The position numbers were made by a program, and so were the translations under genes. 64,000 nt of DNA from an uncultured Gemmatimonadales bacterium (lineage in GTDB: Bacteria; Gemmatimonadota; Gemmatimonadetes; Gemmatimonadales; GWC2-71-9). The notes beneath the pieces are model-generated. The model saw only the letters and a program-made list of their open reading frames with translations, did not search any database and was not told the origin of the DNA. The stretch spans positions 64,001 through 128,000 of the forward strand of contig CAWCVB010000014.1 in assembly GCA_963798915.1 (NCBI GenBank), in the 5' to 3' direction. Positions within the stretch are counted from its first letter, which is position 1. Each line of letters begins with the position of its first letter. Of this stretch, positions 27,748-37,494 are shown in pieces.

Positions 27748-29277
27748 TCAGCGTCGCCAGCTCGGCGATTGCGCGTTGTTGATGAGGGTGACCTGCCGGC
27801 TCCCGTCGAGTGACACGTACTTGACCGACCGCTGGAAGCAGCCATCGCCCGGGGACTCGCAGCCGAAGAACGAGAAGGCGATGCCGCGCCCATCCGGGGA
27901 CCAGGCCAGCGATCCCACATCCTCGCCGATGGTGATGGGACCGGCCGAGGCGAGGTCCTTCAGGAAGGCGCCGTCTGCAGCCATGACCGCGACCCGCACT
28001 TCCGTGTCACCCCGCGCGATGTTTCCGTGGACGAATGCGATCATGCTGCCGTCGGGCGACCAAGCTGGCTGGAAGGCAACCATGCCATTGGTCAGCCGAG
28101 TTGGACCGGCGCCGTCGGCGTTTACCGTGTAGATGTCCTTGAATCCACCACCGAGCCAGCTGACGAATGCGAGCTTGCGACCATCTGGCGACCAGGACGG
28201 TTGCTCACCGGTCGCGAGGCCCATCGTCGCCCCGTACTGCGGGATGATGAACTCGACGTAGCGGTTTCCGTCCGCCCAGCTTGTGTAGGCGATCGCCGAG
28301 CCGTCGGGAGACCACGCCGGCGAGAGGTTCGTCGGTCCCTGCGTGAGCCACGACACGTTCGCCCCGTCGGCGGTCATGACCCCGATCCTCGCGGCCTCGA
28401 CCTCGCCTACGACTGCATCGCTGGAAAAGGCAATCCGGCTGCCATCGGGTGACCACGCCGGCTGACTCTCAAGGCCCGGGTAGCTCAACCGGTTGAATCC
28501 GCTGCCATCCGCGTTGACGACGGCGATGTCGAGGTAGGGGTCAGCCCATGAGATGAACGCGATCTTCCCCAGGAGATCGCCCGGCGGTGCCGCGGCGAAC
28601 GCCCGGAATACCGCCAGGGCCCCGCCCGACACCGCAGCCACTTGCTGGACACCGGCCTCGGCGCCGAGCGTCCACGTCTCGCCGTGGCCCTGCCGGTGAA
28701 TCGGTGAGGCCGGATCGCCATCGACGGTGCCGCCGCCGGCGATCACCGTGAACACGACCGGAACGCCCGCGACGGGATTGCCGAAGGCGTCGACCGCGGC
28801 GGCGACCAGCGGTTGCTCGAGGACCTGGCTGACACCAGCCAGCTGATTGTTGCCGCTCGAGGGCGTGATCTGCGCGACCGGCCCCGGGGCGGCCACCGCG
28901 GTGAAGACCACGTCGGTGTGGCCGCCTGCGCCCGCCGCCAGCGTCTGCGTGCCCGCTATGGGTCCCAGCGTCCAGTTCGCGAGGGTCGCCGATCCATCTT
29001 CGCCGGTCGTCACTGTACCGCCGTCCACGGTGCCGCCGCCGGTGGCCACCTTGAACGTGATGACGACACTGGCCAGCGGCCGGTCGCGCTCATCCGTGGC
29101 GCGCACCGATGGCGCCGGCTGAACCTCGGCGCCAACCGTGCCTGTGAGCGAGGTGGCCGTGACGGCCGTGACGCGGATCGCCGCCTCAGGCTGAGGCTCG
29201 GTGCTGCCATCACAGCCCTCGAGGCAGGCGGCGAGGACGGTAGCGAGGGCGACGGAAACGAGGCGTGACGGACGCAT
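27748..29277 (-). CDS. Lipoprotein with Ig-like domains and PD40 beta-propeller
   Basis: VLAAC/LEGC lipobox candidates; WTLG repeats, DAFGNPV; WSPDG repeats. Confidence 0.85.
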   Translation of the reverse strand: MRPSRLVSVALATVLAACLEGCDGSTEPQPEAAIRVTAVTATSLTGTVGAEVQPAPSVRATDERDRPLASVVITFKVATGGGTVDGGTVTTGEDGSATLANWTLGPIAGTQTLAAGAGGHTDVVFTAVAAPGPVAQITPSSGNNQLAGVSQVLEQPLVAAAVDAFGNPVAGVPVVFTVIAGGGTVDGDPASPIHRQGHGETWTLGAEAGVQQVAAVSGGALAVFRAFAAAPPGDLLGKIAFISWADPYLDIAVVNADGSGFNRLSYPGLESQPAWSPDGSRIAFSSDAVVGEVEAARIGVMTADGANVSWLTQGPTNLSPAWSPDGSAIAYTSWADGNRYVEFIIPQYGATMGLATGEQPSWSPDGRKLAFVSWLGGGFKDIYTVNADGAGPTRLTNGMVAFQPAWSPDGSMIAFVHGNIARGDTEVRVAVMAADGAFLKDLASAGPITIGEDVGSLAWSPDGRGIAFSFFGCESPGDGCFQRSVKYVSLDGSRQVTLINNAQSPSWRR

Positions 29278-29397
29278 GGGCACCGCTCCGGGCTGGAAGG
29301 CATGCGCGGCGCTGATTAGTCTGGAGGCCGCGATCGCGATAGTGCGGGGCTGGACGGTGTGCCTCTTCGGCAGCATCATCGTCCCCTGCATCAGATC

Positions 29398-29424
29398 ACA
29401 CCGAACCCGCCAAAGAGGGGCCAC
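29398..29424 (-). promoter_or_regulatory. Putative ECF promoter 2 (GTGGCCCC-N13-CGGTGT)
   Basis: Repeat copy, 17 nt before the divergent ECF start. Confidence 0.75.
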
Positions 29425-29441
29425 TGAGGAAGGGAGGGACC

Positions 29442-30035
29442 GTGGACGATCGTGTCTCCACCCTGGTCGACGCCGTCGCGGCCGGCGACCGCGGGGCCCT
29501 GGATGCCCTGTTTCCGCTGGTCTACGAGGAGCTGAGCCGGTTGGCGCACCAGCAGCGCCGGCGGTGGGACGGTGACTTCACCCTGACCACCACCGCGCTG
29601 GTCCACGAGGCGTACCTGAAGCTGGCCGGCCAGCGGCAGCTGCCCGCGGGGAGCCGAGCCCACTTTCTCGCCATCGCCGCCCGGGCGATGCGACACATCC
29701 TGTGCAACTACGCGCGTGACCGCCGGCGCCAGAAGCGCGGTGGCGGCCGGCCGCACCTGCAGCTCGAAGAAGCGGATGCCGCGGATCGGGCGTCGATCGA
29801 GCTGTCAGACGATCAGGCGGACCGTCTGGCCGGGCTCGACGAGGTGCTGCGCCGTTTCGAGGGCATCGCTCCGCGGCAGTGCCAGGTGGTCGAGTGCCGC
29901 TTCTTCGGTGGGATGAGCGTCGAGGAAACCGCCGCCGCCCTCGACGTATCTCCCCGCAGCGTCAAGCGGGACTGGGCTTTCGCGCGAGCCTGGCTGCTCC
30001 GGGAATTGCAGCGTCCCGTGACCGGAGAAGATTGA
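29442..30035 (+). CDS. ECF sigma factor, kinase-associated type (TIGR02999/ECF43-like)
   Basis: LVYEELSRLA, TLTTTALVHEAYLKL, AARAMRHIL, QKRGGG, VECRFFGG, VKRDWAFARAWL. Confidence 0.92.
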   Translation: MDDRVSTLVDAVAAGDRGALDALFPLVYEELSRLAHQQRRRWDGDFTLTTTALVHEAYLKLAGQRQLPAGSRAHFLAIAARAMRHILCNYARDRRRQKRGGGRPHLQLEEADAADRASIELSDDQADRLAGLDEVLRRFEGIAPRQCQVVECRFFGGMSVEETAAALDVSPRSVKRDWAFARAWLLRELQRPVTGED

Positions 30036-30056
30036 GGGGACTTGCGTGCTGGCCCG

Positions 30057-31512
30057 TCAGGGGCGCCACGCCGTCGCGAAGACATTCTGAATCAGGGGAA
30101 CGGGCTGGCTGAGCCTGCCGTCTGCCGGGACCCAGAAGCTGTTGTTTCCCCACCCGAAGGCGATTCTGCTGCCATCGGATGACCACGCCGGTGCGTACGT
30201 ACCACCGACCGTCGTCAGCTGCACCAGGTTCGCCCCGGCCGCACTCACGGCGAATATGTCACACGTGTCTTCGTCGTGGCACTTCGTGAACGCGATCCGC
30301 TGACCGTCCGGCGACCAGCTCGGATGCCCCATGAACCGGTCGCTGTTCAGCGTCCTGACCCCCGACCCGTCCGCAGTCATCACCTTGAGGGAATCGAGGC
30401 TTGGACAGCCCGCGACGATCGCGATCTTCGTCCCGTCCGGCGACCACGCAGGTTCGACTTGTCCGCACGCCTCCGCCAGCAGGACCGGAGGCATCGCATC
30501 CCCGGCATTCAACACGTACACCCCACCGGGTCCCGCGACGGCGAGCCGCTCACCATCGGGCGACCAGGACGGCGCGTGGAATCCGGTGGCGCGGAGCGCG
30601 GCATTGGAGCCGTCGGCATTCATGAGCAAGAGATCGATGTCCTGGTCGTCCCAGTTGTAAATTGTCGCTGCGATCCGCTGGCCGTCCGGGGACCATGCCG
30701 CATCCACTGCGCCCTCAATCAACGGGGTCGTCTCGCCATCGACCAGACTGTTGAGCACGCCTGCACGGTCCACGAAGAGGAGATCCCGCCCGCGGCACGG
30801 GTCTCCGCACGCGAACGCCTGGAAGAGGGTGTCCTTCCCGGCGACCGAAGCCTTCACCACCTGGCCGCCCACGCCGCCGAGGGTCCAGACTCCCGAGCTC
30901 GCGACGCCCAGGGAATCCGTCCTCGAACTGTCGCCGAGGATCGCACCATTCCCCACGACGACCGCATACGTCACCGCCTCCCCGGGGACGGGATTTCGAT
31001 ATTTATCGGTCGCCTTCAGCTTCAACGGTGTCGGGAGCGGCGCCCCCGACCGCAGCGGTCTGATTGTCCCCCGCCACGATCGCGACAGTCACTGGTCGTC
31101 CCGGCTGCGCAACGGCGGTGAAGACCACATCGGCAACGCCATCAGCGCGGGCCGTGAGAGTCTGGGGCCCGGGCACGGTGCCGAGTGTCCATGTTCCTGG
31201 TGATGCGACGCCCGCCGTGTCGGTGCGCTGCGACGTGATTTCGATCGAACCGCCGCCCGATACGATGAACCGCACCTCCCGGCCAGGTGCCGGCGCACCG
31301 TCGCGGGTCGTGAGCCGCACCGTCGGGATGGAGTCGGATTTGGCTCCCACGATGCCGCTGAGACTCGTCGCGGAGTGCGCCTCCAGGCTGAGCCCATTTT
31401 CCACCGGCTCCTCAGGCTGCTGGGGCTCGACCGAGTCGCAGCTGACGAGCACCAGCATGATGCCGCAAACCTGCGCCACCGCCCGCCACGTCAGCCGGTC
31501 GTTTCTGCGCAT
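30057..31512 (-). pseudogene. Ig-like + PD40 beta-propeller lipoprotein, split by frameshift at C5 run 31043-31047
   Basis: Lipobox LVSC; removing one base joins the two ORFs (VGAPLPTPLKLKATD); paralogous to 27748..29277. Confidence 0.8.
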
Positions 31513-31611
31513 ACCCCCTCCAAGTGAGTTTCATGAGCGCCCGCCACTGGCACCCTCTTGAGGATTGTCGGCCGCCGCTGTAGCGTCGGACCAGTCCGTT
31601 CACCCCATAAC

Positions 31612-31638
31612 ACACCGAAACCCCTCAACCGGGGCCAC
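31612..31638 (-). promoter_or_regulatory. Putative ECF promoter 3 (GTGGCCCC-N13-CGGTGT)
   Basis: Repeat copy, 2 nt before the divergent kinase ATG. Confidence 0.75.
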
Positions 31639-31640
31639 CG

Positions 31641-34199
31641 ATGGAGCCGACACGGGCGGAGCGAGTAGCGGCCCTGTTCGACCGGGCCCTTGACGTGCCG
31701 CGGCGGGAGCGCACGGCGTTCCTGGAGAGCGTGTGTGGCGACGACGACGAGCTGTGGCAGGAGCTGATCTCGCTGCTGGAGGCGCACGAGTCGGCCGACG
31801 AGTTCTTCGACCGTCTGGCGGAGGATGTGATTGCGCCCGCCACCGCGGCCGTTGTCGCACACGGTCGCTCCGACGTCCCGACGGAGCTTGCGTCGGCCCT
31901 CGAGGGTCGCTATCGCATCGAGCGGGAGCTTGGCGGTGGGTCCTTGAGCCGGGTGTTCCTGGCCCAGGAGCTTGGACTCGAGCGGAAAGTCGTGATCAAG
32001 GTGCTGCCGCCCGAGCTGGCCGCGACGGTGAGCGGCGAACGATTTCGCCGCGAGATCCAGCTGGCCGCCCAGCTGCAGCACCCGCACATCGTGCCACTGC
32101 TCAGCGCCGACGCGGGTGGCCGTCTGCTGTACTACGTCATGCCGTTCGTCGCGGGGGAGTCACTGCGCGAGCGGCTTCGGCGCGACGGCGCGCTCTCGAT
32201 CGCCGATGCGTCAGGCATCTGGCGGGACCTGCTCGATGCGCTGGCGCACGCCCACGCCCGGGGCGTGGTCCATCGCGACGTCAAACCGGGCAACATCCTG
32301 CTGAGCGGCCGCAATGCCCTGATCGCTGATTTCGGCATCGCCCGCGCGATCGAGGCTGCCGGAGAGGCGGACGTCACCGTTCCAGGCCTCGCGATCGGCA
32401 CGCCGGCCTACATGGCCCCCGAGCAGATTGACGGCAGCTCCGCGGTCGATCACCGCGTGGACCTCTACGCCTCGGCCCTGGTCATGTACGAGATGGTCGA
32501 GGGGCGACTGCCTTTCACCGGGGCCTCGCCGCGGGACGTGGCGCTGGCCCGTCTGACCCAGCCACCCCCTCCCATAACCCGGGCGGATTGCCCGCCCGAG
32601 CTCGCGGCCATCGTGCTCCACTGCCTCGCCCGGGATCCCGAAGGCCGTCCCGCGAGCGCCGACGCGGTGCTGGCCGCGCTCGATCAGACGTCCGGGCTGG
32701 CGGGTGCCGTCCCAGGCCGAAGGTCGTGGCGGCGCCTGACCACTGCGGGGCTCGCGGCGGTGTTGCTGGCGGCAACCGCGCTGGGAGCGCGATACCTGGG
32801 GTGGGATCGTAACGATGCCGCTGTCGACAGCAGGCCCGCCCCGTCCCTCGCCGTTCTACCTCTGGCCAATCTCAGCCCCGAAGCCGGCGACGCCGCCCTG
32901 GCCGACGGCATGACCGAGGAGCTGATTGCCGTCCTCAGCCAGGGCCGGACCCTGCGCGTTGTCTCGAGCACGTCGGTGCGCGCCCTCCAGAACCGGCAGC
33001 TCGAGGTGCGCCAGATCGCCGAAAGCCTGCGGGTATCACACGTGCTCGAGGGTGGGCTGCAGAAGGTCGGTTCGAAGCTGCGCATGCAGGTGCGCCTGGT
33101 GGATGCGCGGGACGGTTCCACCCGCTGGTCGGAAACGTACGACCGGGAGATGGGCGACATCTTTGCGATCGAGGATGACATCGCCCGCGCCGTCGCGGGT
33201 GAGCTCGATCTCCGGCTCGGCGGCGGCAGCAAGCCGCGGCCGTCTCATCCTGTCTCCACCTCCAGCGTCGTCGCCTACGAGTGGTATCTCCGCGGACGGG
33301 AGAATGCGCTGGTCCGCACGCACGAGGGCCTGCTCGAGGGCATCGGGTATCTCCAGCGCGCCATCGCCCTCGATTCCGGCTTCGCTGCCGCGCACGCCGC
33401 GCTGGTGTGGCTCTATATCAACCGGGCCGGGAGCATCCCCGGAGACCATCGGACCTGGTACCGTCGCGCGGAGGCCGAGGCACTCAAGGCCATCGCCCTC
33501 GACGACTCGCTGGCCGATGGCTACGCCGCCCTCGGGTGGGCCCGCATCTCCCTGGGACAGCCGGCAGCCGAGGCGGCACTCAACCGCGCAGTCAGCATCG
33601 ATCCTGCGGCGCACCGGGCGTTCGAGGGACTGGCGCGCTTCTACATGCTCATGCGCCGTCCGGCCGAGCAGCTGGCCGCGGCCCGGCGTGGACTGGCGCT
33701 CGACCCCTTCTCGACCGCGGCCATTCGCGAGATGGCGCTCGCGCTCAGCACCAACGGCCGCTGTGACGAAGCACTGGCGCTGCTCCGGCCGCTCAAGGAC
33801 CTGCACCCGCCCGCCGCCGTCGCCGGCGTCATCCGCGGGCAATGCTACGCCACGAAGCAGATGTGGCCGGAGGCGATCGCCGAGCTGCGCTGGGCCATGC
33901 GGACAGCCGATGCCCGGACCGCCCCCGGCCTCCTGGGCTACGTGCTCGCGCGGAGCGGCCGCCGTACTGAGGCGCAGGAGATGCTGTCGGACATGCTGGC
34001 AGGGCGTACGCAAAGTCACGGCGCCTTCGGCATCGCGCTCGTCTACGCCGGACTCCGGGACTACGACCGGGCGTTCGTCTGGCTCAGGAAGGCGGCGGCG
34101 GAAGGGTCGATCCGGGTCTACATCATGGATCCGCTCTTCCAGGATCTGCAGCGTGATCCGCGTTTCGAGGGAGTGGTAATGGCGGGCGGCGCTTCCTGA
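31641..34199 (+). CDS. Hanks-type Ser/Thr protein kinase with TM helix, TolB-N-like domain and TPRs
   Basis: GGGSLSRV, VIKV, HRDVKPGN, DFG, GTPAYMAPE; TM; SLAVLPLANLS; TPR-like helices. Confidence 0.93.
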   Translation: MEPTRAERVAALFDRALDVPRRERTAFLESVCGDDDELWQELISLLEAHESADEFFDRLAEDVIAPATAAVVAHGRSDVPTELASALEGRYRIERELGGGSLSRVFLAQELGLERKVVIKVLPPELAATVSGERFRREIQLAAQLQHPHIVPLLSADAGGRLLYYVMPFVAGESLRERLRRDGALSIADASGIWRDLLDALAHAHARGVVHRDVKPGNILLSGRNALIADFGIARAIEAAGEADVTVPGLAIGTPAYMAPEQIDGSSAVDHRVDLYASALVMYEMVEGRLPFTGASPRDVALARLTQPPPPITRADCPPELAAIVLHCLARDPEGRPASADAVLAALDQTSGLAGAVPGRRSWRRLTTAGLAAVLLAATALGARYLGWDRNDAAVDSRPAPSLAVLPLANLSPEAGDAALADGMTEELIAVLSQGRTLRVVSSTSVRALQNRQLEVRQIAESLRVSHVLEGGLQKVGSKLRMQVRLVDARDGSTRWSETYDREMGDIFAIEDDIARAVAGELDLRLGGGSKPRPSHPVSTSSVVAYEWYLRGRENALVRTHEGLLEGIGYLQRAIALDSGFAAAHAALVWLYINRAGSIPGDHRTWYRRAEAEALKAIALDDSLADGYAALGWARISLGQPAAEAALNRAVSIDPAAHRAFEGLARFYMLMRRPAEQLAAARRGLALDPFSTAAIREMALALSTNGRCDEALALLRPLKDLHPPAAVAGVIRGQCYATKQMWPEAIAELRWAMRTADARTAPGLLGYVLARSGRRTEAQEMLSDMLAGRTQSHGAFGIALVYAGLRDYDRAFVWLRKAAAEGSIRVYIMDPLFQDLQRDPRFEGVVMAGGAS

Positions 34200-34211
34200 A
34201 AGACGGAGGAG

Positions 34212-37200
34212 TCAGAACCGGAACCGCGCCGCCACCTGCAGCTGGAACGCCGACTCGGCCGTGAGCGTCTCCCACGGCGTGAAGCCGGGATCGAAGCGGA
34301 AGACCGGTTGCGCATTGCCCGCGGCATCGGTGCTCTCGCCGACCTGCTCCAGGATGCGAGGCCGCGCCAGGCGATAGCGGCCCCATCCGTCGCTCAGCAG
34401 GTTGAGCAGGTTGAAGGCATCCAGCTCCAGCTCGAGCACCTGCCGGCCGACCGGAATGCCCTGCCTGACGGAGGCGATGGTCGTGTGGGTCCACGGCTCG
34501 CGGCAGCTGTTGCGCGCCAGGATCCGTCCGCGCTGGCGGCGCAGGCAGGGCGTGGCGTCGATGAACTGGTCAAATGCAGCGGCCTGCTGGGCGGCGCTGA
34601 CCGTTTCGGGTGTGCCCGAGGCGTCCCGCGTGAAGGGCTGGAATCGAATTTCGTTGGTGTCGAGCGTGGCCTGCGGCACGTAGATCGGATCGTTGGCATT
34701 GGAGCCGTCCGCGTTCAGGTCGCCCCGCCGGCCAGCGCCGGTCGCGAGGTAGGTGAAGGGGCTCCCCGACTCTCCCACGTAGTAGAAGGCGAACTGGGTA
34801 GGCCAGCGCGTTCGCTGCACGGTCCAGGTGAGCGCCGCGACGATGCGATGCGGCAGATCATTGAGCGAGATGCCGAGGGTCGAATCGTCGTGCCGCCCGG
34901 AGACGGCTCGTGCGTCGGCCCACATCGCGATTCCCGTTGAATTCACCCGGCTGGGCGACTGCACGTCACGAGTCCGCGACCAGGTGTACGACAGACTGGC
35001 GCCGAGCCCATCGGCAAGGTCACGCTCGATCCTGCCCGCCAGCTGATACGAGTAGTTCCTCGACGTATTCCGGAGCTCGATGACCTCCGAGTAGTTCGAG
35101 CGCAGCGCGGGCGTCGCGATGCCGAGCGGATCGATCGTACCGTAGAGCACACGGCCGAAGCGATCCACCGACTGGGGGCCCTGGAGATTGAGGTTCACCC
35201 ACATGAAATCAGAGAGGTACCGGTTCACCAGCAGGTCCGCGCTCGCCAGCAGGCTGCCGGGAAGCTCCCGCTCGTATCCGAGCGACGTGCGGAGCGTCCG
35301 CGCCATCCGGAGGCCGGGATCGAGCAGGTCGACGTCGCCGAAGGGGCGCGCTGACAGCGGGTCACCCGTGGCGCACTGCTCGGGCGCCGCCTCGTAATTC
35401 GGCACGAAGGCCGGCGGCAGGCCCGCGTCGGTCGGGCGAAGGCCGCAGGACAGGACGCCGATTCCTTCGCCGTGATTCGAAAGGGCGGGCACGTACCAGG
35501 CGAGCGGGGGCCGCCCCGTGAAGATCCCGATGCCGCCGCGGACACGCTCGCGCCGCGCCGCCGAACCGTCCCAGGTGAATCCGAGCCGCGGGGAGAGCTC
35601 CATCCGCCGGCGCGGCATCTGATCGGTACGCCGGCCGAAGATGGAGTCAATCGAGGGGTTATATGGTGCGTGCCCCTCGACCGCGAGCAGCTCGGCGCGA
35701 AGGCCGGTCGTGAGCGCGAGCCGCTCGCCCAGACGCCACTCGTCGCCCAGGTAGGCGGTGTACTGGCCGCCTCGAAGCGGCCGGCTCTCGCTGCCGAAGT
35801 CCTTGCGCAGCTCGAATCGGACGGGCGTACCGGCCTCGAGCGCATCCAGACTGGCGAAGGTCCATGTGCCGTAGCCATTGAGGACGCCGCCGCGCAGGAC
35901 CCGAAACCGCTCCATCTGCACGCCGGCCACGAGCGCATGGTTCCCCGCCCACGGAAGACTGAGCTCGTCCCTCACGGTGAAGGAGCGTCCCCTGCCGAAG
36001 GGCCCCTGCGCCTGCTGCGCGCTGCCGGCGACGGCCACCACGTCGCCTCCCTCAGTTCCGGGGAGCGCGACCCGCACGAGCGGCTGCCGAACGTCCGGCA
36101 CCTGATTGGTGTGATCCCAGCTCAGTGAGGCGAGCAGCTCGTTGTGACCGCCCCGCTCCCGCCGGAGGTCGGTATGCACCTGTACTGCGGCAACATCGAC
36201 GCCGAGGTCAGTCGTGAACCGGTAGCTCGACAAAGCGAACGTATCCGTTGCGGCGCGCGAAAACTTCTGGCTGCGAGAGTGGGCGGAGGTGACGAACGCC
36301 GTGACTCGGCTGTTCCACGTCGGGAGCCAGGCATCCACGCGGCCAAAGAGATTGACGAGCGGCGTTCCGTTCTCCAGGTACGCGGCCGACCCCGGGGTCA
36401 ATCCGTACCGGTCCTGCAGGATGCTCTGCAGTCTCGCCACATCGGCATCACTCACCGGGACGGCTGGCCGCAGTCCCGCTGGCTGGCCCACATAAGATCC
36501 GGCGGCCGGCTCCGAGAGACGCTGGAACTCGGACGCAACGAAGAGTTGCACGCGATCCCTCACGATGGGGCCGCCGAGCGAAAAGCCCGCCTGGAGCCGG
36601 TCGTAGGGACTCGGGGCTGCGTCGATGCCGTCGCGTGTCAGCTGGTCGTTGCGCCAGTAGGCGAAGGCGGAACCGCGCAGGTCATTGGTGCCTGACTGGG
36701 TGACCGTATTGACCAGGGCGCCCGCGAAGCTTCCGTAGCGCACGTCGTACGGCGCCACGAGCACCTGATACTCCTTCACCGCATCGAGCGGAATCGACTT
36801 CCCGACGTTCGACGCCGCGGAGACACCCCCGTTCACGAACCGCTCACTGGCGCCGTTGATGAGAAAGCTGTTGAACCGGAAATTGGCCCCGCCGCCCGAC
36901 ACACCGGTCCGCCCGCCGCCGACCTTGGTAGACACGTAGGGCGCGAGGGCGACGAAGTCCTGGAAGTTCCGGTTCAGGGTGGGCAGTCGCCGCACCAGGG
37001 CTTCAGGGATCGTGGTGCCCGGACCGCCTCCGAGCGTCGATGCCGTGTCCCGCACCTCGATTGCCGGGAGCTCGACGACAGCCGGCTCGAGCACGAAGGC
37101 GATGCTGAGCGGCTCGCCCAGTGTCAGGTGCAGGGGGGCGCTCTGCTCGGGCCGAAATCCGATCTGCCGCACCTCGACGACGTACGGACCACCGGGCTCG

Positions 37201-37418
37201 AGCCCCTGGACCAGGAAGCGGCCGCCCACGACCTGGGCATGGACGACGAATCCGGTGGCAGTATTGATTACACGGACGCTTGCGCCGTCGAGGTCCTGAC
37301 CAGCGGGGCCCTGTACACTGCCGCGTATCCCGCCGGTCGTCAGTCCCTGTGCCGACGCGGATGATACGAGAGGAATGAACGAGAGCAGGAACAGCGCGGC
37401 CATCGCCGAGAATCTCAT
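34212..37418 (-). CDS. TonB-dependent receptor (Oar-like, carboxypeptidase-regulatory-like N-domain)
   Basis: Signal peptide; LPTLNRNF, IPLDAVKEYQV, YDVRYG, SGTN, SPRLGF; C-terminal RFRF. Confidence 0.9.
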   Translation of the reverse strand: MRFSAMAALFLLSFIPLVSSASAQGLTTGGIRGSVQGPAGQDLDGASVRVINTATGFVVHAQVVGGRFLVQGLEPGGPYVVEVRQIGFRPEQSAPLHLTLGEPLSIAFVLEPAVVELPAIEVRDTASTLGGGPGTTIPEALVRRLPTLNRNFQDFVALAPYVSTKVGGGRTGVSGGGANFRFNSFLINGASERFVNGGVSAASNVGKSIPLDAVKEYQVLVAPYDVRYGSFAGALVNTVTQSGTNDLRGSAFAYWRNDQLTRDGIDAAPSPYDRLQAGFSLGGPIVRDRVQLFVASEFQRLSEPAAGSYVGQPAGLRPAVPVSDADVARLQSILQDRYGLTPGSAAYLENGTPLVNLFGRVDAWLPTWNSRVTAFVTSAHSRSQKFSRAATDTFALSSYRFTTDLGVDVAAVQVHTDLRRERGGHNELLASLSWDHTNQVPDVRQPLVRVALPGTEGGDVVAVAGSAQQAQGPFGRGRSFTVRDELSLPWAGNHALVAGVQMERFRVLRGGVLNGYGTWTFASLDALEAGTPVRFELRKDFGSESRPLRGGQYTAYLGDEWRLGERLALTTGLRAELLAVEGHAPYNPSIDSIFGRRTDQMPRRRMELSPRLGFTWDGSAARRERVRGGIGIFTGRPPLAWYVPALSNHGEGIGVLSCGLRPTDAGLPPAFVPNYEAAPEQCATGDPLSARPFGDVDLLDPGLRMARTLRTSLGYERELPGSLLASADLLVNRYLSDFMWVNLNLQGPQSVDRFGRVLYGTIDPLGIATPALRSNYSEVIELRNTSRNYSYQLAGRIERDLADGLGASLSYTWSRTRDVQSPSRVNSTGIAMWADARAVSGRHDDSTLGISLNDLPHRIVAALTWTVQRTRWPTQFAFYYVGESGSPFTYLATGAGRRGDLNADGSNANDPIYVPQATLDTNEIRFQPFTRDASGTPETVSAAQQAAAFDQFIDATPCLRRQRGRILARNSCREPWTHTTIASVRQGIPVGRQVLELELDAFNLLNLLSDGWGRYRLARPRILEQVGESTDAAGNAQPVFRFDPGFTPWETLTAESAFQLQVAARFRF

Positions 37419-37460
37419 CTGACCATAGCCCATCGACGCTCCGCGCATCCACCTGATGGA

Positions 37461-37494
37461 GGCGCCGCAGCGGCGGACCGACCGCTGCGGCGCC
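37461..37494. other. 13-bp GC stem-loop in the TonB receptor leader
   Basis: GGCGCCGCAGCGG-cggaccga-CCGCTGCGGCGCC. Confidence 0.6.
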
